NCBI GenBank assembly: GCA_949298505.1
Contig: CASFWW010000002.1
Location: 12,800-76,799, forward strand
DNA: 64,000 nt
Direction: 5' to 3'
Origin: an uncultured Christensenella sp.
GTDB taxonomy: Bacteria > Bacillota > Clostridia > Christensenellales > UBA3700
Below are positions 28,625 to 38,728 of this stretch, piece by piece. Position 1 is the stretch's first letter. The number at the start of each line of letters is the position of its first letter. Both the position numbers and the translations under genes were made by a program. The notes below the pieces were generated by a model. It did not search any database, was not told where the DNA came from, and saw only the letters and a list, made by a program, of their open reading frames with translations.

Positions 28625-29818
28625 ATGTATTCCAACAACAAAGAGTGTGTAGCTATGCTTCTCGCAGGAGGTCAGGGCACCAGACTTTACAGCCTGACCG
28701 CGAACCTTGCAAAGCCGGCGGTATCTTTCGGAGGAAAGTATAAGATCATAGACTTTCCGCTGTCAAACTGCATCAACTCGAATATCGACACGATAGGCGT
28801 GCTTACTCAGTACAGACCTTTCGCGCTCAACCAGTATATCGGCAACGGTCAGCCCTGGGACCTGGACAGGCTCAACGGCGGCGTATACGTTCTGCCCCCG
28901 TACATGAAGAGTGCAAAGTCTGACTGGTACAAGGGCACCGCAAACGCGATTTATCAGAACATCGAGTTCATCGACAAGTTCTCTCCCGAGTACGTTCTCG
29001 TGCTTTCGGGTGACCACATATACAAGATGGACTATTCGCAGATGCTCGATTACCACAAGAAAAAGGGCGCGGCTTGCACGATCGCGGTCATCAACGTCAG
29101 CCTTGAAGAAGCTTCGCGTTTCGGCATCATGAACACCAATCCCGACGGCTCGGTCTACGAGTTCGAGGAGAAGCCCAAACAGCCCAAGAGCACCAACGCT
29201 TCGATGGGCATATACATCTTTACCTGGAAGGAACTCAAGAAATATCTTATCGAAGACGAGGCGGACGAAAACAGCAGCAACGACTTCGGCAAGAACATAA
29301 TCCCCAACATGCTCAAAGACGGACAGAAACTGTTCGCTTACAGGTTCGACGGCTACTGGAAAGACGTCGGCACGATATCCAGTCTCTGGGAGGCGAACAT
29401 GGACCTTCTCGACAAGAAGAGCGGTCTGCGCCTTGAGGACAGCAGCTGGAAGATATACGCGAGAAACGCGGCGGAGCCTCCTCATTATATGGGCGATCAT
29501 GCTGTCGTCGTCAATTCTCTCGTCACCGAGGGTTGCGAGATCGACGGCACGATCAGAAACAGCGTCATTTCTTCCTGCGTAAAGGTTGAAGATGGCGCGA
29601 TAATCGAAGACAGCACGATCATGCCGGGCGCGGTCATCAAGTCAGGCGCGGTAGTCAGATACGCCATCGTCGGCGACGGCGCCGTGATCGGAGAGAACGC
29701 AAAGGTCGGAGATACTCAGACGGGTATGGTTAAGGGCGAATGGCAGATCACCGTCGTCGGGCCGGGAGCTCAGGTGAAAGCGGGTCAGATAGTTCCCGTA
29801 AAAGCAATGGTCGATTAA
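28625..29818 (+). CDS. glgC: glucose-1-phosphate adenylyltransferase, catalytic subunit
   Basis: [12 protein letters not shown]...[39 protein letters not shown] before ATG 28625. Confidence 0.95.
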   Translation: MYSNNKECVAMLLAGGQGTRLYSLTANLAKPAVSFGGKYKIIDFPLSNCINSNIDTIGVLTQYRPFALNQYIGNGQPWDLDRLNGGVYVLPPYMKSAKSDWYKGTANAIYQNIEFIDKFSPEYVLVLSGDHIYKMDYSQMLDYHKKKGAACTIAVINVSLEEASRFGIMNTNPDGSVYEFEEKPKQPKSTNASMGIYIFTWKELKKYLIEDEADENSSNDFGKNIIPNMLKDGQKLFAYRFDGYWKDVGTISSLWEANMDLLDKKSGLRLEDSSWKIYARNAAEPPHYMGDHAVVVNSLVTEGCEIDGTIRNSVISSCVKVEDGAIIEDSTIMPGAVIKSGAVVRYAIVGDGAVIGENAKVGDTQTGMVKGEWQITVVGPGAQVKAGQIVPVKAMVD

Positions 29819-29829
29819 GGGAGGAAAGT

Positions 29830-30945
29830 ATGAACAATCTGATAATGAGTATAGTTTTCGCAAGCGACAACGAGACCAAACTCAACGAACTGACAATTCA
29901 CAGAACGACGGCGTCGCTTCCGTTCTGCGGCAGATACCGCTTTATAGATTTTACGCTGTCCAACCTGGTAAACAGCAATATCACGACGATCGGCATCGTC
30001 ACCAGGAGCAATTACTCCTCGCTGACCGACCACCTCAGAATGGGCAGAGACTGGGACCTCAACCGCAAGAACAGCGGCATTGCGATCTTCTCGCCTTATT
30101 CTTCCAATACGTCGCGCAGTATGTTCAAAGGCAAGATCGAGGCGATGTACGGCATCCTCGATTATATGGAGAGGGCGAGCGAGGAATACGTCATCGTCAC
30201 CAACAGCAATATCGCTTCAAACATAGACTTTGAGGACGTTTACAATCACCACGTCTCAAACGGCGCGGACATCACGATGCTGACTTACACGTCGCATCCC
30301 ACGTCCTCCAAGAGAGTGCTCGTCGACAAGGACTTCACCGGAAGAGTCACGGGGGTAAGGCTGACTGCCAATGCGTCCGACGAGAGCTGTGAGGTGGGTC
30401 TCAACATCTATCTGATAAAGAAAAGCCTGCTGATGAGCCTGATCACCGATTCTTACGAGAGAGGAAACCTCGATTTCGAAAAGAATATCATCCAGCAGAA
30501 AGTGGATTCTCTGTCCATCTACTGCTACCATGTGGAGGGCTATGCGGCGATAATAGACGACGTGAAATCATATTATACCGAGAGCATGAAGATCCTCGAT
30601 CCCGCGATCAGGAACGACCTGTTCTATCGCTACGGCAAGATATTCACCAAGGTCAAAGACTCCGTACCCACGCTGTACAGAGAGGGCGCAGAGGTCAAGA
30701 ATTCACTGATTGCAGACGGTTGCGACATAGCCGGTAAAGTTGAAAACAGCATACTTTTCCGTGGCGTCGTGGTCGAAGAAGGCGCGGTGATCTCCAATTC
30801 GATAGTTATGGAAAACGGTCATATCATGAAGTATTCCGAACTTAAATATACGATAACGGACAAAGACGTGACCGTTACCGAGGACAAGACGATCAGCGGT
30901 TCTCAGAATTACCCGGTCGTCATCGTCAAGAATAAAGTAGTCTAA
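29830..30945 (+). CDS. glgD: glucose-1-phosphate adenylyltransferase, GlgD subunit
   Basis: GlgC paralogue lacking the GGxGxR loop (SIVFASDNETKLNELT...PFCGRYRFIDFTLSN). Position after glgC is as in Firmicutes. GGGAGG RBS. Confidence 0.9.
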   Translation: MNNLIMSIVFASDNETKLNELTIHRTTASLPFCGRYRFIDFTLSNLVNSNITTIGIVTRSNYSSLTDHLRMGRDWDLNRKNSGIAIFSPYSSNTSRSMFKGKIEAMYGILDYMERASEEYVIVTNSNIASNIDFEDVYNHHVSNGADITMLTYTSHPTSSKRVLVDKDFTGRVTGVRLTANASDESCEVGLNIYLIKKSLLMSLITDSYERGNLDFEKNIIQQKVDSLSIYCYHVEGYAAIIDDVKSYYTESMKILDPAIRNDLFYRYGKIFTKVKDSVPTLYREGAEVKNSLIADGCDIAGKVENSILFRGVVVEEGAVISNSIVMENGHIMKYSELKYTITDKDVTVTEDKTISGSQNYPVVIVKNKVV

Positions 30946-30967
30946 CAAAAAAACAGGAGAAAGAAGA

Positions 30968-32830
30968 ATGGCTAAAAAAGCTCAGACAAAGAAAGCCGTT
31001 GCGGCAGAAGAAAAAGTTGTTCCGGCAGTTTCCGAAGCAAAAGAAAAGGTTGAAGAAAAACCGGCTGCAAAAAAGGCGGAAAATGTTGTCAAAAAGTCAG
31101 AAGCCGTTGCGGTAAAGGCGGAAGAAAAAACAGAAAACGCAGTTGCCAAAGCTGAGGAAAAGGTTGCTGAAACCGTAAAGAAGGCTGATGAAAAACCCGC
31201 TCCGGCTGCCGGCAAAGCCGCAGGAAAGAAGACTAAAGCGGCGAAGAAACCTGCAAAAGAAAGCAATGCCGACGAGGCAAAAAAAGAGGAGACCCCGACT
31301 GAAAAGGCGGCTCAACCCAAAGCCGCGGAAAAGGCGGCAGAAAAAGACAAGACTGCCGAAGTAAAGACTGAAAAAGCAGAGGCGAAACCCGCAGATAAAC
31401 AGTACAAGAAAAAGATACTGTTCGTTGCGGCAGAGGCTTTGCCGTACGTCAAGACGGGCGGTCTCGGAGACGTTGCCGCGGCGCTCCCGAAAGCGCTGGT
31501 AAAAGAAGGATACGACGTAAGAGTCGTTCTTCCGCTTTACTTCAACATCCCCGACAAGTTCAGGACGACGATGCAGTACCTCGGTTGCTGTTATGTTTCG
31601 CTTGCGTGGAGATATCAGTATTGCGGCGTATTCACGCAGAAATACGACGGCGTGACCTATTACTTCCTCGACAACGAATATTACTTCAAGAGAAACGGGC
31701 TTTACGGTCATTACGACGACGCTGAGAGGTTCGCGTTCTTCTCCAAGGCGGCGCTCGAAGCGCTTCCGATAATGGACTTTACGCCCGACATAATACATTG
31801 CCATGACTGGCACACGGGTCTTACTCCGGTATACCTCGACGTGTATTACCGCAACGTTCCTTATTGCAAGAACGCGCGTACCGTATTCACGATACACAAC
31901 ATCCAGTTCCAGGGCAAGTACGGCAACGAGATATGCGACGACATCCTGGGACTTCCCGCTGACAAGAAATCGCTTGTGCAGTATCAGAACTGCGTCAACT
32001 TCATGAAGGGCGCGATCGAGTGCTCCAACAAGGTCACCACCGTGTCGCCCACGTATGCCGGCGAGATACTCAACAGCTATTACAGTTTCGGTCTGCAGGA
32101 TATTCTCGGCGCCAGAAAGTATAAACTCTCAGGCATCATCAACGGCATAGACGTTGACACCAACAATCCCGCGACCGACAAGGCGCTTTTCAAGAATTAC
32201 GACAAGGACACCGTCGCGGACAAGGCGGCGAACAAGAAAGGGCTTCAGCAGATGCTCAATCTCGATCAGAACCCCAACGTGCCAATTATCGGTATGGTCA
32301 CCCGTCTTACCGAGCAGAAGGGCATGGAGCTCATTGCGAACGTTTTTGAAGAAATTCTTTCCAAGGGCGTTCAGATGGTCGTGCTCGGCAGCGGAGACTG
32401 GAAGTATGAGTCCTTGCTCAAGGATATGCAGAAACGCTTCCCGGACAAACTGCGCGCGGTGCTCGGGTTCTCGGGCGATCTCGCGAGCAAGATCTATGCG
32501 GGCGCGGATATATTCCTGATGCCCAGCAAGTTCGAGCCGTGCGGTCTCAGCCAGATGATCTCCATGAGATACGGCACGATCCCGATCGTAAGAGAGACGG
32601 GCGGTCTCAAAGACACGGTTGTGCCTTACAACGGAGCGACCCGTCAGGGTACCGGTTTCACCTTCTATTCGTACAACGCTCACGATATGCTTTATGCGAT
32701 CGAAAGAGCTGTGGGACTCTATTACGATTACAAGGAAGACTGGAAGCAACTGGTTCAGAACGCGATGAGTCAGGATTTCTCCTGGAACAACATCTGCAAA
32801 CAGTATATTGCTTTGTACGAAAATCTGTAA
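30968..32830 (+). CDS. glgA: glycogen synthase (GT5) with a roughly 146-aa Lys/Ala/Glu-rich N-terminal extension
   Basis: Catalytic part starts KKILFVAAEALPYVKTGGLGDV at aa 148. It lies in a single frame with the AGGAG-preceded ATG 30968, and no ATG/GTG/TTG occurs near aa 148. Confidence 0.9.
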   Translation: MAKKAQTKKAVAAEEKVVPAVSEAKEKVEEKPAAKKAENVVKKSEAVAVKAEEKTENAVAKAEEKVAETVKKADEKPAPAAGKAAGKKTKAAKKPAKESNADEAKKEETPTEKAAQPKAAEKAAEKDKTAEVKTEKAEAKPADKQYKKKILFVAAEALPYVKTGGLGDVAAALPKALVKEGYDVRVVLPLYFNIPDKFRTTMQYLGCCYVSLAWRYQYCGVFTQKYDGVTYYFLDNEYYFKRNGLYGHYDDAERFAFFSKAALEALPIMDFTPDIIHCHDWHTGLTPVYLDVYYRNVPYCKNARTVFTIHNIQFQGKYGNEICDDILGLPADKKSLVQYQNCVNFMKGAIECSNKVTTVSPTYAGEILNSYYSFGLQDILGARKYKLSGIINGIDVDTNNPATDKALFKNYDKDTVADKAANKKGLQQMLNLDQNPNVPIIGMVTRLTEQKGMELIANVFEEILSKGVQMVVLGSGDWKYESLLKDMQKRFPDKLRAVLGFSGDLASKIYAGADIFLMPSKFEPCGLSQMISMRYGTIPIVRETGGLKDTVVPYNGATRQGTGFTFYSYNAHDMLYAIERAVGLYYDYKEDWKQLVQNAMSQDFSWNNICKQYIALYENL

Positions 32831-32957
32831 AAGTAGCTTAATAAAGTATCATTTGCTATACAAAAGGCAAAATTTAGTTTATAATACAATTATTGTGCGA
32901 TAAATAAAGGCTTGTCTTGGAAGGCAAGCCTTTACAAAGTTTTTTAACGGAGAATAT

Positions 32958-35402
32958 ATGGAACAAAAACTTAATACAAAGAAAATCGAAGAGATTCTGG
33001 AAATGAAATCTCAGACCTATTTCGGCAAACCGCTCGCAGACGCAAGTCCTGCGCAGGCTTACCGTGCAGTATGTATGGCGGTAAGAGACATATTGACCGA
33101 AAAAAGACTTGACTTTAAAAGAAGAAGAAAAGAGCAGAAGACCAAGCAGGTTTACTATATGTCCATGGAATTTTTGCTCGGCAGGTCTTTGAAAAACCAC
33201 CTGTTCAACCTCGGAATGACCGACGTCTTTGCAAAAGCCGTCGAGCATTACGGTTTCAACCTCAACGACCTTTATGCCATTGAGCCGGACGCGGGTCTCG
33301 GCAACGGCGGTCTCGGCAGACTTGCCGCGGCGTATATGGAGTCTCTGACCAACCTGAATTACGTTGCCAGCGGCTTCTCGATCAGGTACGATTACGGCAT
33401 CTTCAAGCAGAAGATCTCTGACGGCTGGCAGCTCGAAATGCCGGACGAGTGGCTCAACGAAGGAGACGTATGGCTTTCTCCCAGAGTTGAAGACACTTTT
33501 GAGGTCAGATTCGGCGGCTCCGTCAGCCAGCGCTGGGAAAACGGCAGACTTTACATCGATTATCACGATTGCGACACCATTCAGGCGGTGCCGTACGATA
33601 TGAATATAAGCGGTTACAACGTTGACGCGGTCAACAAACTCCGTCTGTGGACGGCAAAAGCTCCCGTCGATTTCGACATGCAGCTTTTCGCTCAGGGCGA
33701 ATACGTCAAGTCCCTTGAAAACAAGGCGCTTGCGGAGAGCATCACCAAGGTGCTTTATCCTGCCGACCACCACACTGAAGGAAAGATGCTCAGACTCAAA
33801 CAGCAATATTTCTTCGTTTCCGCATCGATACAATCGATATTCAAGACGCATCTGAGAGACTACGGCACGCTCGATTCTCTCCCCGACAAAGTTGCGATCC
33901 ACATCAACGATACGCACCCGACCCTTTGCATACCCGAACTTATGAGACTTCTTCTCGACGAGTACGGATACAGCTGGGAAAAGGCGTGGGACATCGTGAC
34001 GAGGACGATTTCGTATACCAATCACACCGTCATGGCAGAAGCGCTCGAAAAATGGCCGGAGAACCTGTTCAGGCAGCTCCTGCCGCGTATATATCAGATC
34101 ATCGGCGAGATCAACCAGAGATTCTGCAACAAGCTGTGGGAGTTCTATCCCAACGACTGGAACAAGGTCGCTTACAACGCGATTCTCTCTCACAATCAGA
34201 TCAAGATGGCGAACCTCTGCCTTGCCGCGTCGCATACGGTCAACGGCGTTTCAGAACTCCACAGCGAGATCCTGAAGAACGACGTATTCAACGATTATTA
34301 CAAGATGAATCCGACCGTTTTCACCAACGTCACCAACGGCATCACTTACCGCAGATGGCTGTGCCAGGCAAACCCCAGACTTTCGTCTTTCATCACTGAA
34401 CTTATCGGCGATTCTTTCCTCAAGGACGCAGACGAGCTCAAGAAACTCGAACAGTTCAAGGGCAAAAGAGACGTGCTGGACAGGTGGCTTGAAATAAAGC
34501 GTGAGAACAAGGTGGATTTCTCCAATTACGTCAAAGAGACGACGGGAGTGTCCATTGATCCGGATTCGATCTTCGACGTCCAGGTCAAGCGTCTGCACGA
34601 GTACAAGAGGCAGCTCCTCAACGCGTTGCACATTCTCGACCTTTACTACAAGATCAAGAGCAACCCCGGCATTCAGATGAACCCGAGAACGTTTATCTTC
34701 GGTGCAAAGGCGGCGTCCAGTTACTATATGGCAAAACAGATAATACGTCTCATCTATTCGCTCGGCACTCTGATAAACAACGATCCCGAGGTCAACGACA
34801 AGATAAAGGTGATATTCCTTGAAAATTACCGCGTGACTCTCGCAGAAAAGATCATGCCCGCTTCCGACGTTTCGGAGCAGATATCTATCGCAGGCAAGGA
34901 GGCTTCGGGTACCGGCAACATGAAGTTCATGATCAACGGCGCGGTCACGATAGGCACGATGGACGGCGCAAATATCGAGATACACGAGAGAGTGGGAGAC
35001 GAGAACATCTTCATCTTCGGACTTCTCGCCAGCGAGATTGAAGAACTTTGCAGAAACGGTTATGAGCCGACCAGATATTACAACAACAACGCGCGTATCA
35101 AGGCGGTCATCGACGGTCTCAGACACGGCATTGCCGGCGTGAATTTCGGTGAGATTGCCGATAGTCTGACGGTGGGCGGCGGCGGAAACGCAGATCACTA
35201 TAAAGTGCTTGCCGACTTCCAGTCTTACTGCGACGCGCACGACAGGCTTGACAGGGCTTACAGCGACAGGGAGAGATGGGGCAGGATGTCTCTTATGAAC
35301 ACCGCAAACGCAGGATTCTTCTCCTCGGACAGAAGCGTTAAGGAATACGCGACAAGGATCTGGAACCTCAAACCGGTAAAGGAAAGCAAAAGCGTTAAAT
35401 AA
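32958..35402 (+). CDS. glgP: glycogen/maltodextrin phosphorylase
   Basis: GLGNGGLGRLAA, PLP-site EASGTGNMKFMINGA, 814 aa. Confidence 0.95.
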   Translation: MEQKLNTKKIEEILEMKSQTYFGKPLADASPAQAYRAVCMAVRDILTEKRLDFKRRRKEQKTKQVYYMSMEFLLGRSLKNHLFNLGMTDVFAKAVEHYGFNLNDLYAIEPDAGLGNGGLGRLAAAYMESLTNLNYVASGFSIRYDYGIFKQKISDGWQLEMPDEWLNEGDVWLSPRVEDTFEVRFGGSVSQRWENGRLYIDYHDCDTIQAVPYDMNISGYNVDAVNKLRLWTAKAPVDFDMQLFAQGEYVKSLENKALAESITKVLYPADHHTEGKMLRLKQQYFFVSASIQSIFKTHLRDYGTLDSLPDKVAIHINDTHPTLCIPELMRLLLDEYGYSWEKAWDIVTRTISYTNHTVMAEALEKWPENLFRQLLPRIYQIIGEINQRFCNKLWEFYPNDWNKVAYNAILSHNQIKMANLCLAASHTVNGVSELHSEILKNDVFNDYYKMNPTVFTNVTNGITYRRWLCQANPRLSSFITELIGDSFLKDADELKKLEQFKGKRDVLDRWLEIKRENKVDFSNYVKETTGVSIDPDSIFDVQVKRLHEYKRQLLNALHILDLYYKIKSNPGIQMNPRTFIFGAKAASSYYMAKQIIRLIYSLGTLINNDPEVNDKIKVIFLENYRVTLAEKIMPASDVSEQISIAGKEASGTGNMKFMINGAVTIGTMDGANIEIHERVGDENIFIFGLLASEIEELCRNGYEPTRYYNNNARIKAVIDGLRHGIAGVNFGEIADSLTVGGGGNADHYKVLADFQSYCDAHDRLDRAYSDRERWGRMSLMNTANAGFFSSDRSVKEYATRIWNLKPVKESKSVK

Positions 35403-35404
35403 TA

Positions 35405-37234
35405 ATGCAATTTCGTTTTGACAGCCGCTCGAAGGACTGCAAACGCCCTTTCGGCGCAGTCAAGGAAGGCTCCAAATTAGATTTTACGGCATACGCGCAG
35501 GACGGCGTTTTCATAAACTGCGTCGTCCTTGCGTTGACCGACGACGCCACGGGATGCGTGACCCGTTATCAGCTTGAGTACAAAGGCAAGACTGAGGACG
35601 GGACAAACAGCGTTTTCGGCGTCAGGATCACGGCTCCCAAGGCGGGGCTTTATTGGTATAAATTTGAAATATTCAGCGAAGAGGGAATGACCGAATATGT
35701 CAATCCCCGCACAAAAGGTAGCTTTCAGCTCACGGTTTTTTCAAGCGATTACGAAACTCCAATGCGCTTTAAAGGCGGAGTGATATATCACATTTTCGTC
35801 GACAGGTTCTGCAAGGGCAACGACAAGGGCGTGGATACGTCCACTCATTCCGTTTACAAGAACTGGAACGATCCTCTCACGCTCAGAGATGCTGACGGCG
35901 TATACCGCGCCAACGATTTTTACGGCGGAAATTTTCAGGGCATAATAGACAAGCTGGATTATCTTAAAAGCCTCGGGGTGACGTTGATATATCTTTCTCC
36001 GATCTTCAGGTCTTCGTCAAATCACCGTTACGACACGGGCGATTATATGGTCCTTGACCCACTTCTCGGCAATGAAGAAAAGTTCAGGGAGCTGATAGAA
36101 AAGGCGAAACGCAAAGGCATTTACATAATGCTCGACGGCGTTTTCAACCATACCGGAGCGGACAGCAGATATTTCAACAAGTTCGGCTCGTACGACAGCC
36201 TGGGCGCATATCAGTCAAAACAGTCCCCGTATTACCGTTGGTACGATTTCGTCAGATACCCGGACGAGTACCGTTGCTGGTGGGGAGTGACCGTATGCCC
36301 GACGGTGAACAAAAAGGCGGAAGGTTACCGCAAGCTGATATTCGGGAAAGACGGCGTGATAGACAAATGGTCGAGACTGGGCGTGAGCGCATGGAGACTT
36401 GACGTTGTGGACGAACTTCCTGAAGAATTTGTCGAGCAGATCCGCATTGCCGTCAAATCCGTCAGCGAAAGAAAACTGCTGATAGGAGAGGTATGGGAGG
36501 ACGCTTCAAACAAGATCAGTTATTCCAGGCGCAGACATTATCTGCTGGGCAAAGAACTCGACGGCGTGATGAACTATCCGTTCAAGGATGCGATCATAAA
36601 CCTTGCGAGAGGCGGCAGACCGCGCGCTTTTGTTGAAGCGGTGATGACGATAATAGAAAATTATCCCAAGAAGTCTCTCGACTGCACGATGACGTTGGTG
36701 GGATCTCACGATACGGTCAGAGTGCTGAACAGGCTCAGCGACTACAACGTGAACGGCATGGACAAGTTCGCAAAAGCCGAAGTTGTGCTTGAAGGAGAGA
36801 TCCTGGCGACGGCAAAGGCAAGATTGAAGCTGGCGTCCACGCTTCAGTTCTTCCTGCCGGGAATACCTTCGATATATTACGGCGACGAATCGGGAATGCA
36901 GGGTTATGAAGATCCTCTTTGCCGCAAACCTATGAACTGGAACAACCAGGATACGGAGATACTCGGACACTACAAGAAACTCGGCGAGCTGCGCAAGAAA
37001 TTCAGAAGCCAGGTGACGGGAAGTACCAGACTTTACGAATCGGGCGGTATAGTATATCTTGAGCGTCGCGCAAAAGAGAAAAAAGTCGTCGTTGCGGTAA
37101 ATACCGCCGGCGCCGCAAAAGCGCTCAGCCTTAAGGCGGACGTAAAGGATCTGTTGACCGGGAATACCGTCGCGCAGGGTTCCAAACTCGCGAATAACGG
37201 CGTGATCGTTTTTGAAAGCCCGGTGAACGCGTGA
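35405..37234 (+). CDS. GH13 alpha-amylase-family glycoside hydrolase (neopullulanase/cyclomaltodextrinase-like)
   Basis: GH13 conserved regions DGVFNHTG, AWRLDVVDE, GEVWE, VGSHDT. Starts 2 nt after the glgP stop. Confidence 0.85.
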   Translation: MQFRFDSRSKDCKRPFGAVKEGSKLDFTAYAQDGVFINCVVLALTDDATGCVTRYQLEYKGKTEDGTNSVFGVRITAPKAGLYWYKFEIFSEEGMTEYVNPRTKGSFQLTVFSSDYETPMRFKGGVIYHIFVDRFCKGNDKGVDTSTHSVYKNWNDPLTLRDADGVYRANDFYGGNFQGIIDKLDYLKSLGVTLIYLSPIFRSSSNHRYDTGDYMVLDPLLGNEEKFRELIEKAKRKGIYIMLDGVFNHTGADSRYFNKFGSYDSLGAYQSKQSPYYRWYDFVRYPDEYRCWWGVTVCPTVNKKAEGYRKLIFGKDGVIDKWSRLGVSAWRLDVVDELPEEFVEQIRIAVKSVSERKLLIGEVWEDASNKISYSRRRHYLLGKELDGVMNYPFKDAIINLARGGRPRAFVEAVMTIIENYPKKSLDCTMTLVGSHDTVRVLNRLSDYNVNGMDKFAKAEVVLEGEILATAKARLKLASTLQFFLPGIPSIYYGDESGMQGYEDPLCRKPMNWNNQDTEILGHYKKLGELRKKFRSQVTGSTRLYESGGIVYLERRAKEKKVVVAVNTAGAAKALSLKADVKDLLTGNTVAQGSKLANNGVIVFESPVNA

Positions 37235-37351
37235 TCTTCTCAACGGAGCAGTCTAGAAGCAGAGACTTTTTATATTGTCAGGGCTTTTAATGCTGTGGTT
37301 TCGGTAATTTGCCGCTTAAACACTGTTTGTTATATTTATCTGAAATGAAAG

Positions 37352-37386
37352 AAAACCCCCTCCGGCAATGCCGTGAGAGGGTTTTT
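37352..37386. terminator. bidirectional rho-independent terminator (glg operon / rubrerythrin)
   Basis: Stem 37356-37366 / 37370-37381 (ccccctccggc ... gccgtgagaggg) flanked by AAAA and TTTTT. Confidence 0.7.
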
Positions 37387-37411
37387 GCAATATAAAGATA
37401 GTTGTGTTATC

Positions 37412-37954
37412 TTACTTGAAGAAACGATCGTAAAGACCCTTGAAGCCGCAACCGTGTCTTGCTTCGTCCTTAGCCATTTCGTGAACGGTGTCGTGTACCG
37501 CGTCGTAGCCGAGTTCTTTAGCGCGTTTAGCAAGCTTCATCTTGCCGCTGCAAGCGCCGTTTTCAGCTTCCATGCGCATTTTGACGTTCTTCTTGGTGTC
37601 GTTTGTCAGAACTTCGCCGAGGAGTTCAGCAAACTTAGCCGCATGTTCAGCTTCTTCAAAAGCGTATCTCTTGTAAGCTTCAGCGATCTCGGGATAGCCT
37701 TCTCTTTCTGCCTGTCTGCTCATTGCGAGGTACATGCCCACTTCCGCACATTCGCCGTTGAAGTTCTCTCTGAGACCCTGAACGACTTCTTCGTCGAGAC
37801 CCTGAGCGACGCCGACTCTGTGCTCGTCAGCCCAGACCATCTCTTCAGCCATCTTGTCGAATTTGCTTGCGGGAGCGCCGCAAACGGGGCACTTTTCGGG
37901 AGCGCTGTCGCCCTCGTGAACGTAACCGCATATCGTGCATACAAACTTTGCCAT
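37412..37954 (-). CDS. rbr: reverse rubrerythrin (N-terminal rubredoxin-like CxxC..CxxC domain plus C-terminal di-iron ferritin-like domain)
   Basis: [15 protein letters not shown]...CPVCG at the N-terminus. ExxH di-iron motifs EEAEH and DEARH. GGAGGA RBS. Confidence 0.9.
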   Translation of the reverse strand: MAKFVCTICGYVHEGDSAPEKCPVCGAPASKFDKMAEEMVWADEHRVGVAQGLDEEVVQGLRENFNGECAEVGMYLAMSRQAEREGYPEIAEAYKRYAFEEAEHAAKFAELLGEVLTNDTKKNVKMRMEAENGACSGKMKLAKRAKELGYDAVHDTVHEMAKDEARHGCGFKGLYDRFFK

Positions 37955-38004
37955 AATTATAATCCTCCGATTTTATTGATTGTATTGTTTTTTATTTTTT
38001 ATTA

Positions 38005-38385
38005 TTACCCTTGTTTTGCTTTACATTCCCCGCACACTCTGAAAAAGGTGAGGGAGAAACCTTCGCTGTTGTTGTTTTTGCACTCGTTGAGAAGCGCTTC
38101 GTTGAGAGAGGGGGAGACGTGCTCGTCCCAGACCCTGCCGCATACCGGGCAGGCGCCGTGGCAATGAAGCGAAACGTCTGCGTCGTATCTGTACCTGTCC
38201 TGACCCACGGGGACCTTTATCGCTTTGCCGGACGCGACGAGCTGATCGAGATTGCGGTAGACGGTCGCCAGCCCGATATCGGGAATGATCTTTTTACATT
38301 CTCCGAATATCCAGTCCGCGCTCGGGTGATCCTTGGTGGATCTCAGCACGCTGTATACCGCCTCGCGTTGCCTTGAATAGTTCAT
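38005..38385 (-). CDS. Fur-family transcriptional repressor (PerR-like by context)
   Basis: Fur-type winged helix (HPSADWIF...GLATVYRNLDQL) and CxxC pairs (CPVCG, CGEC). Lies 50 nt upstream of reverse rubrerythrin on the same strand. Confidence 0.85.
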   Translation of the reverse strand: MNYSRQREAVYSVLRSTKDHPSADWIFGECKKIIPDIGLATVYRNLDQLVASGKAIKVPVGQDRYRYDADVSLHCHGACPVCGRVWDEHVSPSLNEALLNECKNNNSEGFSLTFFRVCGECKAKQG

Positions 38386-38408
38386 CGCTTTTCTTGCCTC
38401 CTGAGCCT

Positions 38409-38437
38409 ATTATATAGCATGAAAAAACGCATGTCAA
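38409..38437 (-). promoter_or_regulatory. promoter TTGACA-17-TATAAT (minus) of the Fur/PerR-like gene
   Basis: Reverse complement: -35 at 38432-38437, -10 at 38409-38414. Confidence 0.6.
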
Positions 38438-38443
38438 GCAAAA

Positions 38444-38458
38444 TGAGAATAATTCTCA
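38444..38458. promoter_or_regulatory. Fur-family 7-1-7 operator TGAGAATAATTCTCA
   Basis: Perfect inverted repeat TGAGAAT-A-ATTCTCA, 6 nt upstream of the -35. Close to the classic TGATAATnATTATCA. Extends to 9-1-9 with one mismatch. Confidence 0.6.
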
Positions 38459-38525
38459 ATTTTTTTAAAAAGCTTTTTCGATAAAAAATACGGTGGGAAC
38501 GGCAAGTAAATCCTCTGTGCAGATG

Positions 38526-38682
38526 CGGTGAAAAGGGCGAAAGACTTGTGCGTTTCAGCGATGGAGAAATACTATTCTTTTAAGCAACGGAAAAGACTTG
38601 TGCGTTTCGGCAACGGAAAAATATTATTCTTTTGGCAATGAAGAAGATGTTCGGCACGGAGAAAGAGAGAGGAAGTTTTTTT
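38526..38682. repeat. three degenerate tandem copies of a roughly 50-nt unit
   Basis: gaaagacttgtgcgtttcagcgatggagaaatactattctttt, then gaaaagacttgtgcgtttcggcaacggaaaaatattattctttt, then a weaker third copy ending gaagtttttt. Confidence 0.55.
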
Positions 38683-38688
38683 GCATAC

Positions 38689-38711
38689 AAAAAGGCGCCC
38701 TGAGGCGCCTT
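38689..38711 (-). terminator. rho-independent terminator of the DUF1846 gene
   Basis: aaggcgcc / ggcgcctt stem with a 4-nt loop. T-run on the minus strand. Confidence 0.75.
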
Positions 38712-38728
38712 GAGTCCTGGCTTGTTTG

